From NCBI GenBank assembly GCA_964199315.1, contig OZ116698.1, forward strand, positions 24,924,001-24,988,000: a DNA stretch of 64,000 nt, given 5' to 3'. This stretch comes from Orbicella franksi. Lineage: Eukaryota. Made by a program: the position numbers and the translations under genes. A model generated the notes under the pieces. It was not told where the DNA came from, searched no databases, and was given only the letters and a program-made list of their open reading frames with translations. Below are positions 24,501 to 36,723 of this stretch, piece by piece (within the stretch, counting starts at the first letter, position 1; each line of letters opens with the position of its first letter).

Positions 24501-27500
24501 TACTTTACCAAAAAAAACATCTAGTAGTTTTTGTCATGCCCTAGCCTATCTACCATAGGAATATGAGCGAAATCGAATTTTCGACCCTTGCCGAGTTATT
24601 TTCCATATTTATGGACAGGGACTCTTAAGTTCGCTCGAATCCTGGAGTTTGCTGAAACTGTTCGCCTGGACTGTTGGCTCCGTGTTCAGTGGATCAAAGA
24701 ATGGGAAACAGACATGTGTTACAAGTGTAATATTTTGTTTCATTATGCCCACAATGTTGTCTTTTTCGCTAAGAAAAGTTTAAAGAAAGAATAGTTAACA
24801 CATCCTTCTTTGAACTTTCAGTTCGGGCAAAAGGTTTTTCTGTCCGGGCAAACTGACATCGGGCGAAACGATTGGTTACCAGTCTTTGGCCCGGATGTTT
24901 AACAGGTCAACTTGCCTCAGTCATTTTTTTACGTTTTTGCTGTTTATAGTCATCACAAACAAAATAAATGTTCGGGAGGATAACTTAACCATGGCCATTA
25001 CATCAGTCACATTTTTTTCTGGCTATGGTCTTGCTGGGACTATGTTGCATGGACATACTCAAGTTTTGTTTACCACAAGGGTGACCTGACTCAGCTTTGT
25101 GGTCACCAAAACTGAAAATGGGGCCTATGTGAAAGGACAACACCACATTTTTTGAAAAGCACTGGAATCACCGAGTAGTGGAGGCTTATAATGAATGAAC
25201 TCAGTGGTTTGTGCCAAAATGCTATATTTACCTGGGTTCACTTCCCATCAACTTTTTCTATTCATGACTTTTTATCCTTCTAGCCAGGTCATGTCAGGTT
25301 TTAAGAAGGTTTCCTGGCAAGTAGGTTTCACCTGGGTTGGAAGCCCTTTCTCTATAAGCTTTAATTTGATACGGAGGTTAAGATATTTACAGTTCAAACT
25401 AGATGCGCTTGGATGAGAGACACTTCTGAAGAGACACCTCTGAAGTATATGGTAACCTTAAGTGCAGCCAGTCTAGCCCCACAGTCTTCTCACATCAGAT
25501 CTGTTGTTCCATTGGCTCTTGTCTTGCTCTCTTGTACAGCTCTGCTTTCCTAAATCTGCTCATGCGCTGTACTTATCCACAGATCTTGCATTCATGAACA
25601 GTAGTTGCCAAGAAGCAACAACTTCTATTTAACAACCAAGAGCTTCATTTACATAGTGCTTTATTCTTCTTGGTTATTAAATGTTAATTGTCACTATCAA
25701 ATTAGGGATGCAAATTTCTTGACTGAATTTTGTTATCTTCTTGCAGCTGAAGGGTATTATACTATATATTTCACATCTCTGTGTACTTTTGGTGGTCAAA
25801 GGGCATGCAGCCTCTGCAAGTCACCCCTAAAGGTCTACAGTAACTCTAGGGCAGATATCTACAGTACTGCCTGAAAGTATTGACCCATTTTCTGCGTTCT
25901 CACCATGGGGCCTCCATGCGTCATTGTCGCGGTATTCCCGTACTCAACCTTGTCTTTACCTAGGTAAAATTGGGGGTGGTATTTTTCCTGTCACGGCAGC
26001 ATTTAGACGAGGTAATACGGTGGTATTCATAAAGATGTGTCATTTTTCAATAGCCTTTGGTTTTCTTTCATATAAAGGTGACAATTGAGTGTGCTTGAAT
26101 GCTTCTGCTCGATCTGATCAAATTTCTTTAATCTCTCGGCTGACAAGGTTTTCTTATCTAAAAGTAAATCTTCTATATTTTCCAAATTCATTTCCTTCAG
26201 AGTTATTTTTACTATAATAATAAAAGCTAAGAAGAAAACTTTTGCAACTCATATCTAAAAGAATGCTTTGAAATGCTCAGCTATGGAATTGTAGGATGTC
26301 ACCACTGGTAGTCACACCTGTGAACGAGCAAATGCGAGCAAATGCAATAATCTTTTGAATATTCCTGGTTCAGGCAATTGTTATTTAAATGAAAATACAC
26401 ATCTAAAGAAAGTTTTTAAGACAGGAGTAGCCTACATTGTAATTAAAAGTAAAATAGCAAACGCCTTGAATTTTGATAACTTTAGAAACAACTCAATGTG
26501 CAAAGTCATGCTTTTGTTATCTCTTTCTGCTGACTGTGTTGTTTGTGAACTGAGCACCTTGTCAATCCTTGCTTTTAAAATGGTTATTGTTCGGCAAAAG
26601 ATTGGATATGTTTGGTTTCTTTCATCTTTGCTGCTCAGATTAAATACACAAGAAATAAAAACAAGTTCATTCATTGATCAAGTTGTTTTTCACCATACCG
26701 ATGTCTGGGATTCCAGGACACATTTTATGATAATTATATCTATCCAATCAGGTTGTAAAAAAACGTTGATCACAGATCCCAGGTAACAAACCAAGCATCC
26801 AATTTTGAACTGACCTGTTTATAAATTATTCTCACCTGGATAAAAACGCTTCTTTACCAAAAAAAATTGCATAACTTTCAACACAACATGCGAAGTAGAG
26901 TCATGCTTTATTTGTCATCTTTCCACTGACTCAGTGTTACAGGTGTGTGAACTTAGCACCTTGCTTTTAAAATAGTTATTGCTCAGCAGATGTCTGGATA
27001 TTTTTGGGTTCTTTCAGATCTGCCGCTCAGAATGAATACACAAGAAATCAAAACTAAACAAGTTCATTCATTGATCACGTCCAGCATACTGACACGACAT
27101 CAGGCCTGTAGCAAGCATAAAATGACTGGGGGGGAGGCCCGAGCAAGTGGCCCCCATTAACTCCACCCCTGTTTTGGTCCCTCGGTTAAAGCATACTTCT
27201 TGGTACATGTCAGATCACTACATTTGTCTACAATACCTTTTGTTCTTGTTCTTTTTGTTGGATTCTTACTCCTGAAGCTCTTGGCCGGGAATTTAAAATT
27301 CTTCAGCTGGTATGGACTATCTGATACGTTTACAAAGACTTGATCTGGAGGGCTGAGTTGTCTCTTTGTCGTTTCCTGTTTGCCAGCTATTGTTGTCGAT
27401 GGCTCAAAATCATTGTCATTTCCAGGTTGTTCTTTCATTCGGATTGTTTCTTCGACTACACCAGGCTCTGTGTCACTAGTGCATGGTTTTACCCAAGATA

Positions 27501-27667
27501 AAAGTGTTCCCTGCTTATTTTTGACTTGTTTGGATTTGCAAAGACATTGTGAGGCTTTCAATATAAAAGCGCAAAAACCTAAGTTTCACTCTAGTACAGT
27601 AGTATATTTTACACTGGTGGACCTCTTAGAAAACCAATAAAGTTCAAGAGGTCAAGTTCAGGGATTG

Positions 27668-27710
<43 letters not shown>

Positions 27711-30700
27711 CAAAAAAAGCAGATATTTTGAAGCTGTTGGTTGTTTTTGGCAGAGCAAAAATACGATTTTGTTCCTTTACGCAATTCCAAATTGCACAGA
27801 AGAACAACAGTACATAATCTTACTATGATCAACAATACTTTGAAACTGTAGCTTCCATTGACAACTATCCATTTTAGTGGCAAAGTTCCACTTTTGTAGC
27901 AGAATTTAAGTCAAGTCTGAAAATTTCTGGCGGGGCTCGAGCCCCCCCTGCCCCTCCCCCTGCTACGGACCTGGACATACTGGGACTCCAAAGCACATTG
28001 AATCTATTCGCCATAAAAAAAATGTAACCCTGATCAGGAACCAAGCATTGAATTTAATAGAATTCAAAGTAATCTCAGTGCCCCAATATTAGGTGAATTA
28101 GTCCATACTCCTGGAAAAATTTGAAGCTGGGCAGATGTTGCATGTATGAACAACAAACAAATTAGAACCGTTCTGCTTGAGTAAGCATGTGACAGGTGTT
28201 ACCGTCGTAACTGTTATCATAACAAAGATCTGATTGATCAGACTGATCGCTGTTCTGTTCATTGAGTTTGTTATACATGTATTCGGTGATGGCAAAATCT
28301 TGGTTACAAAATGAATAAACCTTTGGCAAGTATTGGTGGGAAAACAAATCGTTTTAATGGTTTACAGGGGCAACCCATGCGTTGGCACACGTTTGTTGGG
28401 TTTTTGTAGGTTATAATTAAAAGTTTTCGTAAGCAATGTCAGTTCTTTCAAGTTTGTTGAATCAAAAGATAAAGCAGTTTTAAAAGAGAAAATGATGACA
28501 ACTAAATGTCATTTTACACAACATTCAGAAGAAACCGAAGCGAGCCGATTTGTAGTTGTTTGCAGTGACGCTGTCATGTCATGCCTCACAGACGGAAATT
28601 TACTCAGGCTTGTAAATATTCAAAGTCTAATTACCAGCTGTAAATTCTGTGTGCATCGCTTGTGAAAACCAAGCTTTAGCTTGCTCGTGTTTGTCGATTG
28701 ACAAGCTTCACAGCTATTATTACATGTAAACAATCTTCCACGATAAAAATTAGTCACTATTGTTTTTCACCGAAGTATTACCGCGTCTTTTGTGCGACAG
28801 CATTTGCTAAAGTATGGTTGCACTTGTCTTTACGTCGGCTTCACTTTTTGACCACTGTGGTGGATGCAAGGTCAGACCACGTAGCAAAGACGAGGCTCTA
28901 CCGCATCCTATTGGGTCAATACTTTCAGGTGGTACTGTAGTCTTGAGAATGTCTGTCTTACAGAGAGTTCATCGACAGAGTATACATGCAATTACTACAG
29001 TTTGGTTCATTTGATAACAATGTTGCTTTTCTTTGTCTAAATTTCAGGCAACGCTACTGGCAGTTTGAGGTGTCACGTGACTTCCCAGGATGCAAGCTCT
29101 TCCATCCACCTGATGTGGGAAATGACAGCTCAACCTGCCTTTTCTATTTTTCCATTTGTACTCCTGTTCCTGACTTTTGCCCTGAAAATTCTGGAATTTG
29201 CCTGGCCAACAAGATTGATTATAGACCCAAGTACAATAAAACTCTGTACACAAAGCCGATTAAGATTGGGAGCTTCAAAGAAGGCAACAACCACTTCAGA
29301 GCAGGTTTGATTGAACTACAACATAACTTAACTTAGTGTTCAGTGTCTCCATGTGCCTGGTACTTGTACATGTATTTGAGGACTTGTGTTAATTGAACAC
29401 TGATGGATTATTGACTGGTCACTGATGTGGCAGCTTAGTGCAGTAAGGTTGCAATTATCATACCATAGGTAACAGAAAACAAGAGACCATTTTTCGCCAC
29501 ACCTCCAAACAAACAAGAAGAGAGTTGAGAATATGCCATGCAGTTGAATATTGTTGATAAGCTTTGAGGTGTTTGGAAATGTGGCTAAAGTACTGTCTCA
29601 AGTGTTTGATAAAAATCAGAAAAAAATTGAGACATACAAATTATTATTAATAATAAAGTTTCTATATAATGTGAGCTCTGATTGGCTGAAACAGCTCGCT
29701 TTATCACAGTGCAGATACATGGTTAGCTGAATTTCAAATTTTTCTGTCAGAATTTTGACAAATTTGACTCAAATTTAACATCCCTTGCGACTCAAGCAAA
29801 GGCAGTGGAAATGAGCGATTTGTCTGCAACAACAGTAGTGTAAGTTACAGCAGTTATCAATCACATGCGACCTTCAGCACAAAAGCGTCTACACAAAACC
29901 TAGGTTTTGGTGGACATCAGTCATCTCCGCCTCCTTGCTGACTGTATGCAAAATTTACAAAAACAAAACCTTGCAGCTGTCCACTTGTAAAAATTATCAT
30001 TTTACTTTCAGTATGCACAGCTAGTTCACTAAATACATCGCATTAAATATTCCTTGAAATCTATAAATGAAGATGGGCAGGTCGGGTTTCTCAATGGCCA
30101 TTCGCATGCATGAATGACCCCGAGAGCAAACAAATCTACATGCAAACAAATTATTTCTGCATGTATTTGTCTTGGGGCTACAGACTGAACAAGACTCGAA
30201 CGTCTCATAAACCTGATGATTTTGTAAGGTAATAAGTTATAAGTTTTATAGGGTTAAGTATTGTTCAGTCCGTAGCCCCAAGAAAAATACTTGCAGAAAT
30301 ACTTTGTTTGCGTGTAGATCTGCTTGCTCTCAGGTCATTCATGCATGCGAATGGCCATTGAAAAACCCAGCAAATGTCCTCATTTATACATTGTAGATTT
30401 CAAGGAATATTTAATGCCAATGTATTTAGTGAGCTAGTCGTACATACCAAAAGTAAAATGATAATTTTTACAAGTGGACCACTGCAAGTTTTCACTCTTT
30501 CAGGTAAATTTTGCATACAGTTGGCAAGGAGATGGAGATGATTGACGTCCACCAAACTTAGGTTCTGTCAAGAAGTTTTTGCGCTGAAGGTTGCATGTTA
30601 TTGATAATCATGTAGTTTTGCTACATATAGATTCCGAAACCGTAATCATGTACAAGGAAATAAACAAATTGTCAACCTAGCGAATACTTTGAATCCATAA

Positions 30701-33700
30701 CAGACATTATATTTGTAATAAAGGCAGAAATTATACTTTAGATGTAAAACAGTAACAGAAAATACAAATTAAGCTGTCTCTGTTTCAGTTTATGATAAGA
30801 AGCTCAAACAACACTTAACTTACATGGATTGTAGTAATGCTTGTTCACTACATAGTGATCACCGGTCATCTCAGCGAAGTGAACCTCAACAATTACAATG
30901 CTCACCCGATGAGTGGTCAGTTGAAAGCTTGCTCTGATATTCTCTCCCCAGGACTAGAAACTTTTAGATCCTCATTTTTAAATCAAATGTTCTTCTCTTG
31001 AAAGCCACTGGAAACCAAAAGTTAAGCTGTAGTCAAGTTTGATTGAAAGCTGCAGTCTCGTTAGCCAATCAAATTATTTGAACAATTCTAACAAGGATTC
31101 TGATTGGCTTATTTTAGCATGCTTTATCAGAGTACAGATGCATACTTAGATCACTTTTCCTCATTTGAAAAAACACGCAAGGCACATTGTCGTGAAATCA
31201 ACATTTTACTGTTTTTCACATGAAATCAACATCTCTGAGCTTTCATGTTTACGTGACATTAAAATTTTACTGTTTTTTAAGTGAAAAAAAGCATCTTTGA
31301 GGTTGCCCGTTGCGTGAAATCAACATTTTTCTGTTTCTTTTGTGGGCTTATGCATTGTAGATGCATAAAGCCCTCTAAGTCAGGTCAACTCTTGCATCTA
31401 TGTACAAGGGATGACATGTGACTAGTACTGGAAATAACAATCAGTCAGTCAGTGTCCGACCAAATTTTGAATATTTCCGGCCAATTTCACATTATGATCG
31501 GACATGATGTCCAAACATTTCACTAACACTTTTGACTTCTTGCCTTAAAGTTATTGTCCCTCCACAAAATTTGGTTAGATACATCGATAAATGGCCCAAA
31601 GTTGCGACCACTACTGTGGTGACCAAAAATTCTGGTTTAGTTGACAACCGAAAATACTTACGTCTGTGTTCACAGGCTACAATAATGGTGACTACGTTTC
31701 TCTGTGTTGACGATCAAGAAAAGGAAGCAATCAATCCTTTTGCTTTGCTGTAAAGGACTCTCTCACATCAGAAAACTTGCAGGTGGTTGATCGTGTTTGA
31801 AACTGTCCTATAATGCATTGCTAACCCTTGAGTGTTGAGTACATCATGTATGCCTAATGATTGTGTCTCTCATAACACGTGGATCCTCCATAATTGCATT
31901 TATATAACACAGCCAAAAAATTCTTGGAAATTTTTGGTGCAGTGTGCACTATTGGGATGGTTTGGGGGTTGACGTCGCTAAAGCACTATGTCAATAAGGC
32001 AATAAGGTAATAAGGTAATAAAGTGTAAACTTTAATGTTTGTATAATTAATTAATTTCAATTAATTAATTAGGCTTGCAGCAAGGGAGTGGGTAGGACGG
32101 GGTAGGTATTTGTGAGCATTTTGTAAAGCGGGTGGTGCATGTACGTACGTTACTTCTTTGATCACTTCAAAAAGCTATATATTTGTTTCAGAAAGCCCCT
32201 TGCTCTCCTTGTGGTACTTTTCTCTTTAAAACAAAACCAATATTTGCTCTAAATGCATGCGCAGATTAAAAGCATTAGTGTCAACTACATATCATGTGGA
32301 AGATACGTTTCAAACAAGATCACACACTAACGTTGAGCGCTTTTCCTTGTGGTAGAACCTAATAAGTCATACGCATGCATTCTAGCATCATTGGTACGAT
32401 ACAAAAATGCTACTGTGACTGCATATCTTTTGGAATTACGCCTAACTTGAAGAAATATCATCTGTTGTTTCCAAACTACACTAGTGCGTTTATTTCATCC
32501 TTTAATTGTCTCTATCAAAGAGACCAAAATGTTCATACCCGCAGCACACAGAAGATTATCACAGCCTTTGTGTAATTCAACTCCATTGATGAGGTGTCTT
32601 TTTGAGATTAATTGATGAATTCTCAATTGCTGACTTTATTATGTAACAGACTAAGTCACTCTTTATGGGAAACCATCTTGACACTGCTTGTACATTTGAC
32701 TCTGTAAACAAAGTCTTCTGCTGTCCATAAACTCTCCATCTTAGAATTACTTCTAATGACTGGTCTACATGTATGTTGATATCAGCAAATTAAAAATAAT
32801 ATTATATGTTACCTGATTCATTATTTTTTTACCCTTATTTTTTCAGTAAATGCCTACCCACTCGTAGCACTTACACTCACAAAATAATGGATTGAAAATA
32901 AACACAGGCTCACACTGCAGACCTATTTTTTTAAAGCAAAATCAACATCTCTGAGCTTGGGCACCAAAGTGAAATTAACATTTTCCTTTTTTTTAAAGTG
33001 AAATCAACATCTCTGAGCTGACATATTGACGTGAAATGAACACTTAACTGTTTTTAAGTGAAAAAAGCATCTTTGAGGTCGCCCACTGGTGTGAAATCAA
33101 CATTTTTTTTACAGCTTTATTGGGTTTCAATTATCCTTTACATAGCTATGTAAAAAAAACAAACAAAACACTACCCTAAGGAAAAAAAAAGAATAATAAA
33201 TGAAAGAAAAGGTATAATACCCAAAGGGGCAAGCATGAATGAGACCAAAGGACCTATGTAAGGTGCTGCCCAAGTGGAAAGTTTACTCGTCAAAAAGCTA
33301 TTTTGCCAGTTTTTGAAGGAAAGACGAAATTATTGCTTTGAAAACTTGAAGTGAGACAAGCTTCTTTGCTTTGTTGTGGAACTCTCGTTTTGAGCTTTTT
33401 TCTGGCAATTCAGAGCAAAAAAAGCAAAATATAACCAAAAATTATGACCCTTCATTTGTTAAATACAAAGAATGAATAAGGGAATGTTTAACTGAGTCAT
33501 TGTTAAGGAAAGCACTAGTTACTTAAGGCGGCTCTGTATAGTTTTACCTTCGCACGTGTGCTGAGGATGAAAGCTCAAGTAATCTGTGTGCGCTCGAAGG
33601 AAAATGTCCATATTTTTTTAATTTTATGACATCAACATGAGTACAAAAAGCAAAACTGACAGTCAATTTTCTTGCATTTCCTTCAGTGAAATTCCCTAAA

Positions 33701-36692
33701 ATTTGGCAGACTGGTAGTAAATATTTTACTTTTGTTTGAGCTCATTTTTCAAAGAAATCTATGAGACCATTTTTTTGCTGTTTTTTCAGACATAAATTTT
33801 CAAAAATAAAAAAGAAGTGCCTGTACAAACCCTACCTTTTTCGTGTTTGAGATCTGTATTTTGCAGGATGCTATGTACTGTGAAAAGTTTGGAAGACTTC
33901 AGTGAAGGAAATTCAAGAAAATCACAAATAAAGCCATGAAAAAAGTAAAAAATACTCTTGTTTGGGCATTTATAATTAAAGACTAAAACCCAAAATTTTA
34001 ACAGAGATGATTAAGTAAAACACTATTTAATCATTGCTTACTACATGTAGTAAGTTTGGGAGGACTAGGTGCAAAATCGAACGCAATTAAACAGCATTCA
34101 AGACATGAGACTTGCGCACGCAACGCCATAAATGATTACCCTATGGAGCCGCCTTAAGAAGAGTTAAACTGCGTTTTGGGGAGAAGTTGGTGGTTAAGGT
34201 GATTCCTCAGAAATTAAAGTTCTCAAACATTTTTTTGAAACTTTTCCTGATTGTTCTCTACCAAGCACTGTTTCAAAAGATACAATAAAAAGGATAGGCC
34301 ACCATGCTTGCTTAAGAGATACATGTATGATGTGCCAATCTTCCCCCATTTATGCCTAATCATGCACATTGTTTAATAAGTTCACATTACATTTTGTGGT
34401 AGCTGGAAGTAAGGGTTATTAAAGCGATACTTGAAAAAATCTTGATAGGTGGAAATTCTCAGGGACTTGGGACAATGCAATATATAATTTATGGAAAAAT
34501 CACATAGATGTACGTGTAATTCTTTACGACATTGGCTCAAAGCATTCCTCGAATCATTGTTTTTGAAGATATAATTTGCATCCTCGAGGCAATAAAACTA
34601 ACGGTTTTGGGCATTCTTTTAGCTATATCTTTTTTTCCTTTCAAACTATCTTTTTCTTAATTTTTTAATCTGAGAGGATCTTTTTTACACTAAAATTATG
34701 CAATAAAAAAATAGGTCACTGTGTTCGTTTAAGAGAAAACAAGCATTTATTTCGCTGTTGAGCTTAGCTTAAGAGAAATCTCTTATGTTGTGTATGTGCA
34801 TCTGCTCATGTGCACGAGTGGGTGAGAATCAAGTGCAGAAGGAATGTGCAATGTGATACTGAGGAATCACTGTAAAGATCCTTAATTCTAATAAATTGCC
34901 TAGACTTAAATTGTTATAAATAGTAAAGAGAGTACATAAATTGATCATTGGGAGGAATTTGCAGGTAACACAGTCAGTTCTTTTTAACTAGTTCTGTTTT
35001 TTTTGGACTTTCAGAACCAACATACTTTGATGTACTTTTTGATTCTGGAGAGGAATTTGTTCTTAACCACCCGGTTTTACCAATTACTATAATCAAATTC
35101 AGATGCAATGAAAATGCTACATGGGAGGCCTCAAAAGATCACACAGAAGTTCCAAGACTTGCCCATGTGCATGTAAATTACACTATACAGGATGAATTCC
35201 TCACGGTAGGTAAAATTAATAACTTTAGAAATTTAAGATGAATCTTCTAATAATTATAAATTAATTGAAACCTGAAAAACAACAATGTGAAAAGACCAAA
35301 CTCTCTATTTCACACACAAATCCTCATGTGAAGTTGGAATTACAGTCAAACTCATAAAACTGTGAACACCTAAAATATGTCTGGAATGTTTAATATGTTA
35401 TATAACCAATCACGAATGAGATCTTCAACCACAGAAACTGCAGAAAACAGATGTATCGCATTGATCATGGAACTATAAATATAGTTTTGGTTTTCGCTTG
35501 ATCAGCTCCCAGTTGGCATGATAGCTCAGTTGGTAGAGCACTGCACTGGTATCACAGAGGTCATGGGTTCAAATCCCATTCAGGCCTGAACTTTTTTCAG
35601 GCTTTAATTTCACAACTGCTTAAGTTGTGTATATAACTGCAATGATCAATCATGTCTTCATATTCTCCGCAGTTCAAATATATAATCTTTCATATATTCA
35701 CTTGCATCCAGTACTTAGTTTGAGTGATTTTGGAAAACAAAAATCCTGCCGATGTGTACAGTTACTCAAGCGAAGCAACAGTTAATTTGACCCGGCTGTA
35801 AATAGGGATGAATAAAAATTTAAATTTTGGTTGTTTTGCTAACCTTGGTATCATCTTTGGTTAAACTAGCAACTCAATTTATTTTAGCAGATAATTACAA
35901 TTCCTTGGGCCCAGTGATTTGTTGATCTAAACACCCTGGAAAGATTGATGACGATATATGCAAATGTTTCCTAATTTTGGAATTAGTTGTGGCAAAGAGA
36001 CACCTCAATTTTCCGCGGTTGCTTCCCAAATAAATTTGCGCTTGATTCACATATTACAAAATATAATGGAAGACTTCCATTTTCATCAATTTCACTCTTT
36101 GCTTTTCGTCATTATCAAAATAAAGAAACGAAATAAGGAAAGCACCGATTTGGATCGTTCAGGCTTGAGTGATTCAACAGCCACTAGTGCAGTCGTGTCG
36201 GCCCGGCACATTGGTTTGTGAAAATAGTTTTTTCACATTATAAACATCCCAAACTCATGTACATCTGCTTTCCACAGTTTCTGTGGTTGAAGATCTCACT
36301 CGTGATTGGTTATAACACAATAAACATTCCAGACATATTTTAGGTGTTCATGGTTTTGTGAGTTTGACTGTAACCCTCTGGGTGCAGAGTAAACTATTGA
36401 AATGGTTTAACAAGCTGTTGACAACTTCTGAAAGTGCAAACACGAATTAACACCAAAATTGACCTCTCTCTCAGAAAAAGCCCGGATGATCACAATATGT
36501 GGCATTTCTGTGAAAGTCTGCACAAAAGTGAACAACAACAGAGTAAAATTTAAAGCTGTCTTGATTTACGGTTGTTAGAAGTTATTTTTCTGCCTTGAAT
36601 GAAAATACACGTGTGCGCTCATATGCAACGTTAAGATTATTTATTATATGGCTAATTCCGTGAGCGGGCAAGATGAATCAAATCCTGCGTTG

Positions 36693-36723
<31 letters not shown>

